From Patellaria atrata CBS 101060 (taxonomy: Eukaryota), in contig MU006089.1 in NCBI GenBank assembly GCA_010093705.1, positions 415,570 to 479,569 on the forward strand: 64,000 nt of DNA, in the 5' to 3' direction. Shown in pieces: positions 1 to 13,097 of this stretch (positions are counted from its first letter, which is position 1; each line of letters begins with the position of its first letter). Both the position numbers and the translations under genes were made by a program. The notes beneath the pieces are model-generated. The model had not been told where the DNA came from and did no database searches. It saw only the letters and a list, made by a program, of their open reading frames with translations.

Positions 1-1911
1 TACAGAAAGTGATGTTACCTGACACCGCAGGACAATATTGATAGACGGTTGGACGAGGTAAGACACAGAAGAAGACATAGTGGACGTCGGGGCAGACTTA
101 AATGGAATCTGATGGCGTTTCGATACGGATAGCGATCAACCAATATCGACACCTTTCAGCTGGCGGCCTTGACGGTTGAGGGGCCTGTAGTTCTGTCTCA
201 TGTTTTGGCTGCATCTTACTGGCCATACTAAGGAACGGAGAATATCTGTCTTTGGAGGTTGTGCTTATGAAAGACGTGATACATGGTTCGTTCGTGCACG
301 CCATTCCCGGTTTGAGTACGACAGCGGTATAACGGGCATAGGGGTTTCGGTGTTACCTGTGCAATTTACACTATTCGCCGCGAGCAAGGCGGCTGATATC
401 GGTACTTTCATGTGCAAACACATAGTGGAGACACCAGCAGAGGGCTGAGTAAGATGTCAAAGTATCCATTGCATGTTGAAACGGTCAGTGAGTGATCGCA
501 ACGTAAGGCCTAGGTGACGATGTAATCAAACTGATCCTTCGGAAGGGCACGGAGTACATGTGAAAAGTGAAAAGGAGCCTGCAGCCACAGATCTTGCTGC
601 AGAGCAAAATAGAACATAGATCGCTCTGAAACGTCATTCCACAGGAACGACCCAAAGACCCGACTGTAAATTGAATGTATTCAATAGTCGTACACCGATG
701 AACCTCTCTGGTCAAAATCATCTGAAATTTTGAAGATCGCGTATGCAGAGCGACAAAGAATTGACATACCGCCTTAAACCTACGGTATGCCTGAACTAGG
801 GAAGGCTTTAGTTCTAGGTCTATTTGGGATACGTTTGGGGTCTTTGGGTCGATTTCCTGTGATCCTAAAACCAGGTATATTCAGGCCCTAGGAGGCCTAT
901 TTTTCTCGACTTGAACGAGGAGCGTCAAGGTTGAAGTTGTCTGGTGTAGGTAGGGCTGCGTTAGAATTAGTTGGCTGCCGCATCCCGTAGCCCATCGTTG
1001 TCCCAAACAGGCAGCGCTAATTGATATTCTTTTACCTTAGGAACTTAGGTTTGTTCAACTATACAGTAGCGAGTGAAAGAGTCAAGAGTGTGGTTAAATT
1101 AAGCTGAATGTCGGCTGCCAGCCCGCCATGTCGTACCGAGGGGTTCTTTGATAGCGGTAATACACATTCACTCACCATGAGCAACTTTTACCCCCCTAGT
1201 AGACTGTAGTAAGCAGCTTGACTCCCCACGCTCGTGCTCATCTAAATGGCCCCTGTTATCATACCATAATCCGTGTCCATAGTCGTGGAAAAATAGTATA
1301 TATCGCTGCCCACGACCGGCGGCTCCGCTGTAAAGGTCGGTGTTCAGGTTTCTGCTGCTAAAACAAAGACCGTTAGAAAACTCAATTTAGTCAGCGGTAG
1401 TATCTCAATATCAACTCACATCCCGTTCGTGCATACGGGTGTAACTTGTAGGCTGTCCCCGAGACCCGGTGTTTACTTTCATACCTCTGTTGTCCATCGT
1501 GTCTATGTTGTTCAACAGTAGTGTGAGGCAATACAACATCTCTTAGCCAGCAGCAAGCAAAGCCAAAGGTCCCTCGTCCGATCATTTTGCATCATGTATC
1601 CGGGAGCTCTTCAAACTAATCGTTTCCAAGGTTACATTATTTCCTTTGCTATCGCAAGTTATTATACAAAATCGCTCGAAGTGTCGAGGCGCATATGCTG
1701 GAATTCCTCCTCAAGAACACCTTGAAGCATCTAGACATCGCCGTCAAAATGCAAACCAAATCCGCTCGCTCAATGCCCAATGCGACCGAATATCTAATTA
1801 CACTAAGGGAAGAGAGGAAAGGAAACCAGAGATTATAGAGCCTTAGCCTATCAGGGAGGAACTTGTAACCAAATCCACGTCAAAAAGACGAAAGATCCAC
1901 CTAAACGTTTC

Positions 1912-4900
1912 TCAAACGCCGTCATAGTAAAGATTTTGATACGGATTATCCACAGCTTTTTTGGGAGCCCTTTTCTTTTTCACATCAGTCCACTCATCGT
2001 CATCGTCATCATTCGCATCTGCTTTCGAGGGCTTCCGACTAACGGAACGTAAAGTAGCCGAAAGAAAACCAGATTTGGGTTTTGATTCTGGGATGGTGCC
2101 CGGAGAGGGTTCTCTACTAGGAACCCGGATGTTGGGGTTTGAGAGCTGGGTGCTGCGCGCGGATTTGTTAGGGAGGGTAGTTGAGGCCGTGACGCTAGAT
2201 GCACCGTCCTGACCGGAGTGTTGCACAGGTCGGTAACGGGAAGCCATTCCAACATTACTGCGCTCAGATGGGGCTAAGGAAGCAGCATAACCTGTATTCA
2301 CGCCTAGTCGGCTTTTCGTATCCCAGGAGGTACCGAGATTGAGGCCGGAATATGCTTGTTGATTACCCATCGGGGCCACGCCATGCGATCTGTTGCTAGC
2401 CATTGACATTGGCCGTTGCTGGCCGGCCGTAGAAAGCATGTTGACCTGGGGTAATTGTGGTGCGATTCCATTCGACTGGTTCATCATGGTGCTCATGAAA
2501 TGCATTTGCATCTGTACCATCTGCTGCTGTTGCATAGCCATCATTTGTAACAATTGATCTTGTTGGGTTGGTATTTGCATCGAAGGCATCATAGGCATGT
2601 CCATACCGAATCCACCGGATGGATCCCATTGCATACCCATGTTCATACCCATTCCCATCTGAGGCATTGCTTGGGGAACTGGTCCATTTCCAAACTGTCC
2701 TGCATTCGGGCTTCCTCGGCGCATCGCACGCTCACGCTCTTCTCTATCAATGACACCCACAAGACCATTTGGTGGTAGTGAGGGTGGGGTAGCGCCAAAA
2801 CCACCGTACACAGATGCCGTGTTGTTTCTTCCAAAAGGGAGAGGTTCTCGAGTGGGTCCCATTGGCATTCCGGGAACCGCAAAGGGATCTGAAGGTAAGT
2901 TACGGGCAAAAGCGGGGAGAGATGACCTAGGCGCATTTACCATCGATGCTCCCGATACAGATTTGGCAGCAGCAGATCCAGGACGTACGATGGATGCCGC
3001 TTGGCTGGCCGCTCGGAGATTCGAATTAGAGGTGGATTGATTCAGTCGAGTAGGTGGTCGGTTAGCTCTAGGGAAACCATGAGCGGCAAGGATACCTAAT
3101 GGGATGTTCTCATCTTCATCGTCGCTTGCGCCTGTCCCTCCAATGAGAACACTAGGGCTACTCATACTATTTCTGTCAAAGGTTGGTCGATTTTGATTCA
3201 TGGAGATAGGGTTTGCTGGTTCTCCGGTGACTTTTTGCATCTTTTGCCGATGCACTGCTAAGAACGCTTGTTGTTTACTTCTCTGAGCAGCTGTTTTTCG
3301 TAATCGCTCTTCCTCATCATCGGCATCTTCATAAGAATCTTCTTCCTCGGAGTCAGATTCTGCCTGATTAACTTGAACGTTAGCCATTTGCCGCTGTTTG
3401 TTTTTAAATTCGGACTCAGTCAACACTTTGAGCTTTTCCGGCGGTTCCGAATACTTTAACGTTAGATTCGCCGAAGCAGCTATCGCGGTATCGAACGGCA
3501 CATCATCCCTCAGCCCACGAGTTTCAATTTTTCGGGGTCTTGGGGTAGAATCATTGGAGGGGGGTTTATCATTACCAAGCCCGGGGACAGGGGTTGTTGT
3601 CTCCCGATTTTCAGGAGCAAAGATATTGTCCTGAGCTTTGGAGCTGGACCCAGAAGAAAGTGAAGGTGTTTGTAAAGACTTATTGGAAGAGGAAGTTGAT
3701 AGCAGCTGTCGGCTATTATTCCGGTCTTCTTGTCTGAGTTCTTGTGTTCTTGACTGTGTACGAACGACCTGTGGGGCGGGTGAAGTGTTATTTCGTGCAG
3801 GGGCGTAATAGCGTCCATTGTGCCTTTCGGTAGCGGTTGGCGCGCTTGGTTCTGGTGCAGTGATACTAGAAGACAAAGCATCAGGGGTACTATGAGGGGG
3901 AACCGGAGGCCCTTGCTCTGTGATTGGAGAGCCGTTGTTATAGGGAGAGGACATCAATCCATCATTGGAATGCCCACTGTCCCAGGAGTACGGCGAGGAC
4001 TCCACATATCGATCACGGTCTACACTTATCGGAGAGGGGGTGAAGTTAGCGTTCGATTTCAACTTTGTGTTAGCTGGAGTTCGGATAGGTAGCGCCAGTG
4101 TGGGCTCAGACTCCTATTGTAACTTAATCAGTAAGGAATTACGAAGAATTTCGATCTGCAGGTACTCACCGAACGTGCAGGAGTGTAATGAGGTTGTCTT
4201 GCGGGTGCCGGTTCTTCCAAGATAATATTACGAGTTTTTCCAATTCCACCAAATAAATCACCAAAACCACTGTCAAAATCCGTTGAGGGAAGAATTTCTC
4301 CACCATCTACCCTAGGTGGCACAGCTGTGCTCGCATAGCTACTTTCTGTCGTGGATCTATCTCGTGGTCCCCCATAAGTATTGCGCGATGATCCGTAGTC
4401 CAACATTGTGTCGGTAGGGAGTCGAGGTAAGGCCTTATTTTCTTTGAAATACTCATTCTCGGTAGATGTGCCAGCTTGAGTTGGATTCGATGCGTATTTT
4501 GACGTGAATGAGTCGGTGGTCTTATGATTCTTTTGAGCCAGTCCGAAAGATTTTGCCGCACCTCGTAGGGAGAAAGTACGGGAGTCAGACATCATAAACT
4601 TTTGCTTCGGTTCAGTCTTACGATAATAGCTATCCTCGATCGCGTCCACGTCCGTAGAAGAAGGTAGGGTAGAAGAGGAACTGAACCTTGCGGAAGAAGA
4701 GGAGGTATCGTACACACGCGTCAGGGCCGAGTTGGCGCCACTACTTCCGTTACTCCCTCTGAAAACGTGTTAGCCAGAGTGTAGGGCAGGATCGCTGTTG
4801 TCTAACATACCTATTGCTATTTAGAGAGATATCCTCTAACGAGCTATGGCCTTCCTGCTGGAGAGGAGTACTAAACGGTCTAACGCCACTTAAATGGGTA

Positions 4901-5043
4901 AAGCTATTTGAGCCATCGGTCGAATTCTCCTTCTCTGGGCGGGTCAATACCCGAAAAGATGATGGCGCTGTTGTATCAAACTGATCGAGGGCGTTACCCT
5001 CAGATTTCCGGCGGACCCACGCCTTTTTAATATTGATGGGCAT
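1912..5043 (-). CDS. Uncharacterised low-complexity Ser/Pro/Gln/Met-rich protein; 3 exons (5043-4811, 4758-4170, 4113-1912)
   Basis: Three ORFs (4750-5043, 4128-4715, 1912-4062) join through introns GTATGT..CTAAC..CAG and GTGAGT..CTGAT..TAG. The N-terminus MPINIKKAWVRRKSEGNAL resembles a conserved Pezizomycotina hypothetical family. Confidence 0.8.
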
Positions 5044-7041
5044 ATGCGAACTTGTTGCTCAAAGGTGGAATATTCCTGTCGGATAAAGGAGTGGTGTAGC
5101 TTCTACAGCTAGCCTTAGTTCCAGCGTTCTTATGGGTCGTGAGACATGTGTAACAATTAAGGTTGATTTTGGAATAAGACGACGTTGACTGCTTCCGATC
5201 TTTAATTTGACCTCGAGGATGGATGGCAGGCGTGAAAACGAAGCACTAGAAAGCGAAGGGTATAGCGTGAGGGTAGAAAAGGTATGAAAAAGTATTTCTG
5301 GACAGAATTCTTTGTTAGCTAAAGACCAATGTGTCTGAACGGGTGCCTTGCAAAGTGGATATCGAATGTTGTACTCCAAACGAATGTAGCGGCAAAGCAA
5401 GAGAGAATCGCGAGCAAAGGTGTTCTAGAAGTATGCTGGATATCACATGCTAATTTAATTTAATTAAAGTGAAAAGTCCTCGCATGACCTTTTCCAATTG
5501 CGCGTAGAGAGTAGAGTTGAAGCTCTTGTAGTTCTGGCACCTTCGAACGTATGCCTTCGAGACTGTCCGACTCGGATTTTGAATAGAAGGTATAGATATC
5601 TCTCAGTACAGCTCGTGCCGCTTCGATTCGAATTGGGTAAATGAATCAAGATCTCGCTCTCCAAAGGTTCGGGTGGAGTGCTGGAGAAAGGGAATGGTTT
5701 GTTTGATGCAAGGGACTTACCGTACCGAGCGGGTAGCAACAGGTAGAGTACCGGTAGCTGATATTAAGAAGTCAATGAAGATTCGAACGAGGGACTTAGA
5801 AGACGATGAAGAAAGAAAAAAAGGTAAAAGAGAATGGTGCAGCCGGGGAAGATGATGTTTGAGAGTTGAGGGCTGTCAGGAGCAGGAGAGGTCAGAGGTC
5901 TGTGAAAGTCTCCAGTTGCGGCGTCGGCAAAGCCCACGCCAGCAAAGTTCAGCGACCAGCGATACGCTAGACTGACTCTAGAAATGAGCACTAATAAGAC
6001 CGTAACTTTGGAGCAGCGATTATCCCAAGTGCAATAATTTCAACTTAGGGGTTTATTCCAAGCTTCGTTTGAATGTTGATTGTGATGTTTTCTTCTTTTG
6101 AACGTTTGTCGTTAAAGTTTTAGGCTGGCATGTCACCAAATGTCATGTACGTTATACCACCCTTAGATGAGTGAAACAACTAATCACAGCCTCCTCTCAG
6201 CTGCAATACGAAAAAGACGAGAAGTGACTGCAACCCGAGTACCCGACTCCTTTGTGGGTACTTTTTAATACATAAAATGCTCCAATTTTCTACCTTTAAA
6301 CTATAACAATAATGGATCAGCCAAAAACTCCACCAAGGTACACAACAAAAATTCCAGCAAAATAATACCAAAACCATCGATGGCGAATGGTGATGATGCC
6401 CCACACTTAGGATCCAAAGACAGCTTCTGGTTCACGGTAGACCTATCACCTATCGCATACAGGAATTCCAAGCACGATGAGACCATCATCTGCATCGTGC
6501 ATTCTACAACCCGCCTTTTTTGTCCATGTGCTTGTCTCCAAGGATTGGCAGATGCGAACTTGACGCGACTTTTACAGTACAGTATAGTAACCCTTTCGAA
6601 AAACCAACAAAATACAATCAACGGAGAAGCAGAAACGTGCTCTTGACGCGCCACCTGGATGGTCCACTCACTTAATACATACTTGTATGAGAAAAACAAT
6701 AGTGAAGTCGAACTAAAGTTTCTCCGAAGTTGTCCATCCATCCCGTCTAAGGTACCCCCTCGATCTGTTTCCCCTGGCTCCATTGGGATACGCCACCGCT
6801 TAGAAAGGTTACTCAAGGAACGAAAACGAGCTTTGTCTATTGACCCTTGAAAAGTCCCTAACTCCTTGAAGGAATAAAGACACTGCTGGCTTACAAACCT
6901 GATCGTAACTCCTCTTCTCTTCACGTGATACTCAAGAAAGACGTAATTCTAGCGAACTCTTGCTTAGCCACGTGCCACCAACGTTGCTCCGGTAGTGAAT
7001 CGAAGAATAATTCATTTAGCATCACTTCATTCGATTACAAT

Positions 7042-8531
7042 ATGGAAGACTCTCAATTGCCATCGCAGGCCTTGTCAGGCTTCGCAAACGGTGCTTTGTA
7101 CGATCAATACCGTCCCAGTTATCCTCAAGCATCCGTACACGCCCTTCTTGAAGCATTACGAGTGTCCGGGCAAAATGGAGCCACCATTGTGGACCTTGCT
7201 GCGGGGACAGGAAAGTTTACGGAATTGCTCGCAAAAAGAGACGAGAATTATAAGATCCTCGCCGTGGAACCACATGAAGAGATGAGAAAACAATTGGAGT
7301 CAAAGCAATTGAATAACGTCGCTGTGGAAGAAGGTTTCGCAACTAGCATTCCCGTAGCTGATGAGTCTGTTGACGCCGTCATTGCGGCTCAGGTACGTAC
7401 CATTCAGTATTTCATCAATGATTTCGCTTGATATGAGCGTATTTCGAATACTTGAGAAGAAAAAAAAGACATCCATCTTTACTCGGCCCCAACTCCCGAT
7501 CCTTCGCTGGTTCAATTCTAAACTCGGGGAATCTGTGTGTGTAATGCGCTTGACGCGTTACCGCATGCAAAGTACTACCCAAAAAAATCCGCCTTCTTAT
7601 AAGAGAGCCTATACCTTATCCTCGTACCTTCCTAGTGTTATGATATCTGTCAGATATTCTTGTCGATTACAACACGTTCACTCAATCTTTCCCAGATTAC
7701 GTCATTGGTGAATTCGTTTATGTGGAAATCCATTGTAGATTTCAAAACTCCACACCACTCCATATTTCACATTGCTCTTAATAATAATCTACCGTTATCA
7801 CCTCCAAGGTAAGCAAGTAGCGTGTAGCTAAGGATGCGCCCATAGGCTTTCCATTGGTTCGCCAACCAAGAGGCTCTTCAAGAGATCCACCGCGTTCTAA
7901 AGCCAGATGGATGTTTCGGTATGATATGGAACATCGAGGATTGTTAGTAGCTCTCTTCTGTCACCTTGTTCCCTGGATAGCTCCATATCGAGTCTCCGAT
8001 TCTCCATTCCCGTCTATTATGCAGATGAAATCTTACTATTCTTAGACAATCAGGCTCAGAATACAACGGTTACTACCGGATGGGAATCCAAAATGAGAGA
8101 TTTCACCTGGTCACTTGATGATAGCCAACCACGTTTCCGACATGAGAAGTGGCGGGACTGTTTCGAGTCCCAGTTGAAATCGACACCTTTGACAGTGACT
8201 CTATTTGCAAATCCATTGTTCTCCTTACCGCTTGGTGAGCATGAGAATAAATGGACTGTTTGGTTAACCAAAGATGCGTTGTGGGAGCGCTACAGGACAT
8301 TGAGTCAGGTAGCAGTTTTGCAGGGTGAGGCTCTTACGGTCAGTATTCCTCATCAATTAATTATTTTTTAATTGAAGCAGATGGTTAATATTTCATCCAT
8401 AACAGCACGCAGAGAACGTTTTTGCCGATGCTCTGAATGGTGACGATGTTGAACGTAATGAACAGGGTGAAATTGCTATGCATGGCTTCACCTTGTCAGC
8501 TTGGACAAGCAAGATCCCAGCAACCACCTAG
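7042..8531 (+). CDS. Class I SAM-dependent methyltransferase (Methyltransf_11 type); exons 7042-7392, 7846-7942, 8046-8338, 8406-8531
   Basis: Motifs YDQYRPSYP, VDLAAGTGKFT and AVEP; the spliced junction gives VDAVIAAQ|AFHWF, followed by EIHRVLKPDG; splice sites are canonical. Confidence 0.9.
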
Positions 8532-9623
8532 ATGAGCTCCAACAAGCTCGTTCGATTACTGTCGGATCATAGTCGCTCTTTCATGATTTCGGAGAGAAAA
8601 AGCGCATGCACTTGTATAACAGAATTTCGCCCTCAAAGGAAAAGTTTTGAACACATTTAGGAAGAAGTGATGTCCAAGTATATGGTGCTGACCGTCTGTC
8701 ATATCCGACTCCGACATTGAGAAATAGTATTATCCATGACTACTCACTGTACTTCCACCATTGCATGAGCACGCCACATACCAGTAATTTCAGAGTCGAT
8801 ATCCTAGGTAGTAGATATCTCCAAAGTACCCTCTAGTCTTAGGTTGGACTGAAGTCAAGCTTTTCTGAGAGCACAGAGGAACTTTGTAGCGTGATCTTCG
8901 AAAGCTCAACAGAGACGTAGGCCTATGCTTCCATAGGACATCAGATACCTCTTCATGAGTCCGCTGAAATGTACATGACTACCAAGACGTTAGGATACAC
9001 TCTTACATAATAAAGGAGTTTTGCTGAAAATAGAAGTTTCAATTATAAGGAAGATGTGCCATACCGTTGTTCCCTCTAACAAAAGCATCACCATAGTCCC
9101 TATGAACCTTTCCGTTTACTATTTCTTTCGTCTGTTCTAGTGCGATGTTCATATATCCGTCTACAGATTGGAGAAGACCTATTCATGTGGTTATTATCGG
9201 TTAAGTCGTATAACATAACATAGGACATTGAAATAAAAACCTTTGTAAACCATGCCTGAATTGAGCTTCACAGTGACCGGCGCGCCAATGATCTGGCTAA
9301 GGAAGCCCGATGGGTCACGAGCGGTATTCTCACCGTTCTCCATATTGTTAAAGAGGGTGTTTCGAAGTTTGGTATCTCTGTTTGTGATATGTCAAGAGGT
9401 GCTTGCGGGATGATGCTTTGATCGTGGAAGTCGGAGAAAGCTCCCACAATCGCCGAGCCCGTTTGCATCTGAGAGTTTACATCTTTCACTTCATGTTACA
9501 ACCTTCACTTTAAAACGTAACCTACTCCACATGTATTCAAATTCCTCTATAGCCGACTTCTCATTCCTCCGTAAACATTCTGTTTTGAGCCACGCTAGGA
9601 ATCCTTCGTAATTTATACCACTC

Positions 9624-11201
9624 ATGGGGACCGGTGAAGCCTCGACCTCTGAACCGGCGGACCCTCCCAAAAAGCGGTCGTTTTTCACGAAACCGTCACT
9701 ACCCAAGGCGGAGAAAAAGATAGTAATTGGGGGTGAAGATGATCTTTTCAATCGATCAAGTCAAGTCGTGCCCGACATTTTATCAGAGCAAAGGCGGAAA
9801 AAGAAAGAGAAGCAGTTACGCAAAAGGCACAAGGCTCAGAAAGAGAGCGATGAAAGGAAAAGCAAGAGGAGACGGACGAGCGAGGATGTACATGATGATC
9901 AAGACGGCCAGTCTAAAAGTTCAAGAAGCCATAAAGAGGCGGATATTGAGGGGTAAGAATTGCCCACAGTTCTCTAGACTACGCCTTGAGGGAAGCCTTG
10001 CTAATAAGAGGGGATTTTAGACGCGACCAGACCCCAAATACACCTAACGTAATGACGAGGACGGCTTCGAAATCTGCTACGCCGAAGCAGTCACCATTGA
10101 AGACGCTATCTGCTCGATACGAGCACCTTGTGGCCTCAAGGACATTCCCGAAGAAACCAGTCCAAAGTGTGTCTAATGTCATAGACTTAGGCTCGGACGA
10201 TTCAGACGATGGTTCGTTTCCGCAAGGAAGCTCCAGTAGCAAAGATATATTTGGAAATGGGAAGCCCTTATCTCCACCTAAGTTCACCAATCACACATCG
10301 CGCCCTAGTCAAGTCGTCGACGATGACGAAGATGATGAATCGGATCCAGAACTTCGAGCCATTGCTTCCAAAGCTCGAGCAGCTAAACGAGCTCGCGAGC
10401 TTCAAAATTCAGGGAATGACACTGGACGCTCCACCCCTGTATCGACCACTGCTATAAATCAATTCAACACTCCGCCGAAAACACCACTTGATCCCATTAT
10501 ACAAATCCTTATTACTTCCCAAATACCGAACACGACTCCACTCATTACAACTCGTAAGCTATCACAGAACTTCAGCAAAGTTAGGAAGACGTGGTGCGAC
10601 CGACAAGGCTTCAGCCAGGAGATGGCGGATAGCGTGTTCCTAACTTGGAAGAACCGTCGCCTCTTCGATGTAGGCTCATGCAAGAGTCTGGGAATTCAGG
10701 TCGATGCCTTTGGCTCTTTAAGTCTCAATGGTGGTAGGGATTTTCTAGAGGAGGACGATAATAAAATATGTGTCGAGGCCGTGACACCAGCGATCTATGC
10801 GGAAAATAAGCGTGCGGCAGAATTGGCAATACAGAGATTAGAAGAAGCTCCCCAAGAGGCGGAGGAGGAAGAAGTAGTAGTAGTAGAAGAGGTGAAGCCG
10901 AAGGGTATCAGGCTTTATCTTAAGAGTAGGGGATATAAGGATTTCAAGCTCATGGTCAAGCCGGTACGGACTACTCCCAAAGATCAAAAACTTTACAAGA
11001 GGGATCGAGTAAGGAATGTTACTAATTTCCATATAGGACACCACATTCGCCAGCATAGCAAATGCATTTCGCAAGGAGTTTAGCGTTCAAGACGGCAAAG
11101 AGGTGTTCCTCATGTTCGATGGCGAACGTCTAGATCCTGACATGATGATGCAGGATTCTGAAGTTGATGATACGGATAGTATTGAGGTCCACGTGAAGTA
11201 A
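9624..11201 (+). CDS. ESC2: Esc2/Rad60-family protein with SUMO-like domains; exons 9624-9952, 10021-10963, 11037-11201
   Basis: Disordered N-terminus followed by two ubiquitin/SUMO-like domains. The last exon reads DTTFASIANAF...FLMFDGERLDPDMMMQDSEVDDTDSIEVHVK. Confidence 0.75.
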
Positions 11202-11616
11202 GACTTATATCGCTCCCTTTACGATTTCTTTTACACCAGTATTGGATATGATCAAGGGAGTATCACGTGGGAGTTCATAGGGAGACAACTTTGCGGTGTC
11301 CACATTTGATACATGGGTGGGCGGCTTTAGCTTAGGCATTAGAGGTTGCTGTATATGTATTTGGATACCCTTTCTCATCGCACAATCAAATCCTTTAACA
11401 GTTCACACATACATCTATCCCTACACCAACACTGTTAACTAAAATCCGGTACCTGCATAAAGATCGTCATCGCCAAGCGACCCCACCAGATCCCTGCCAG
11501 AGAAAAATATTCCCCGCAATCCTCACGAGCGATTCAAAACACCTCCGTGCCAAAACACCCCTTTGCTCCTTAAGTTCCAGCACCTCTCGAGCCCCAAACC
11601 TCCGATCCGCCCCAAA

Positions 11617-12163
11617 ATGAAACTCCTCACCCTCAACTTCCTCACCTGCGCCCGCAAGACCTGCAAATCCCTCCCCGCCGCCTTCCCCCTGCACCCTAAG
11701 GACGCCGAACTCGAAGTCGTAGAAACAGACTTCAACGCGCCGTTCCTGCGCAACATCCTCGGGAGACTCGAATGGGACGCGCTGAAAACGCTGTGTATGG
11801 AGGTAATTTGCTCCTTCCCTCCCTTCCTCTCTTCCCATCTCCAACCTACCCATCGCACGATTCTCAATTCTTGCGCAAACGGCAATAACTTGAGAGCTGA
11901 CGCTGATATGATGACGATAGCTCGGTCTCCCCAACCTCCCCCCCAGCGCGCCGGAACCCGAAGCCCTCCTCGAGCCCGGCGCGGAGATGGCAGAGCTGGA
12001 ATTGGAACGGGAGCTGGAACCGACTCAAACGGCGAGGGATCTGCATAACTTGCTTCTAGAGACGGGGATTAAGGAGGGGAAGCTGGTGTGTGGGAATTGT
12101 GGGCACGAGTATGCGGTTAAGGAGGGGATTGCGAATTTTTTGCTGCCGAGTCATTTAGTGTGA
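11617..12163 (+). CDS. TRM112: Multifunctional methyltransferase activator Trm112; exons 11617-11802, 11921-12163
   Basis: Starts MKLLTLNFLTCARKTCK..FPL and ends EGKLVCGNCGHEYAVKEGIANFLLPSHLV. Confidence 0.95.
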
Positions 12164-13097
12164 GATTTTTGTAGGTAGAGTTAAGGGGTTTGAGAGCCTG
12201 TCGGGGTCGGGGGTTGAGGATTGAGTCAGAGCATAGGCATTTGATGACTGATGCGGAATTGAAAGGAGAAGATACGAGATACGAGTTGGGACGTGTTTGA
12301 CACGCTGGACCGTTCCTAGAGTAGTGGTTTGGAAGAAGACCCCGTAGTAGTAATGGCTGCTGTATACATCCTTAGATGCTCGGGCTAGAGTCAGTAAGGT
12401 ACAGTCGAGGTACGGTACTGTACATTAACTCTTTACCTTAGGGATCAAGTAACCTAGTCTCTATACGTCCCTACGAAAGTTTCTAACCCGACAATACGAC
12501 TCCAGAAATCCGAAACCCTTTTCAAGAGAACTTACCTCTATACAGTATTCAAAAACTTAAAATCGCGAACCGCTCCACATAAGGTACTCCCGTTCCACTA
12601 TAACTTCGATAGAACTGCACACCCCCTTTCTTCTCTCATAGTAAAACTTCGGAGTCCAGAGAATACTTTGTACAGTATACCAGACTCCTATACATCACGC
12701 CTATATCCAACCATAGGCTATATAATCCGTACCGTACAAATCGTCTACCAAACCAACCACACCGCTTAAACCGTGCCCGTATGGATCTTTATCCCACCGT
12801 ACATTTCTGCTTGTAGAGAATTCTGGCTTCACGATTCGGGTTTCTGAAATCCCTTAGGCTGTCTCAAATACGTCTGATGTGTCTACGGTAAGGCGGATCC
12901 ATACATTGTCAAGTATGACAGTATACCGATTTGCATTATCTGGGTACGGTGAGTGATGGCTTGCAAAGTAGACGAGTAAGAAAGTTTTTCACAAGATTAC
13001 AAATCCGTACGGGGGAGACAGGGGAGCAAATTGGAGATAAATATCCGTGGTACGCAACGCTATATAGACTACTCCCAGTTGGCCCAAAGCCGTCCTA

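Noticed and set aside
1..1850. Short ORFs at the window start
   Set aside because: No recognisable motifs and no consistent exon chain.
6180..6924. 207-aa minus ORF and short plus ORFs upstream of the methyltransferase
   Set aside because: No protein-family signature or convincing splice model; probably non-coding or a very decayed remnant.
7809..7845. Internal GTAAGC donor suggesting a nested intron or stwintron
   Set aside because: It would give a 37-nt intron, and excision does not rebuild a splice signal for the outer intron.
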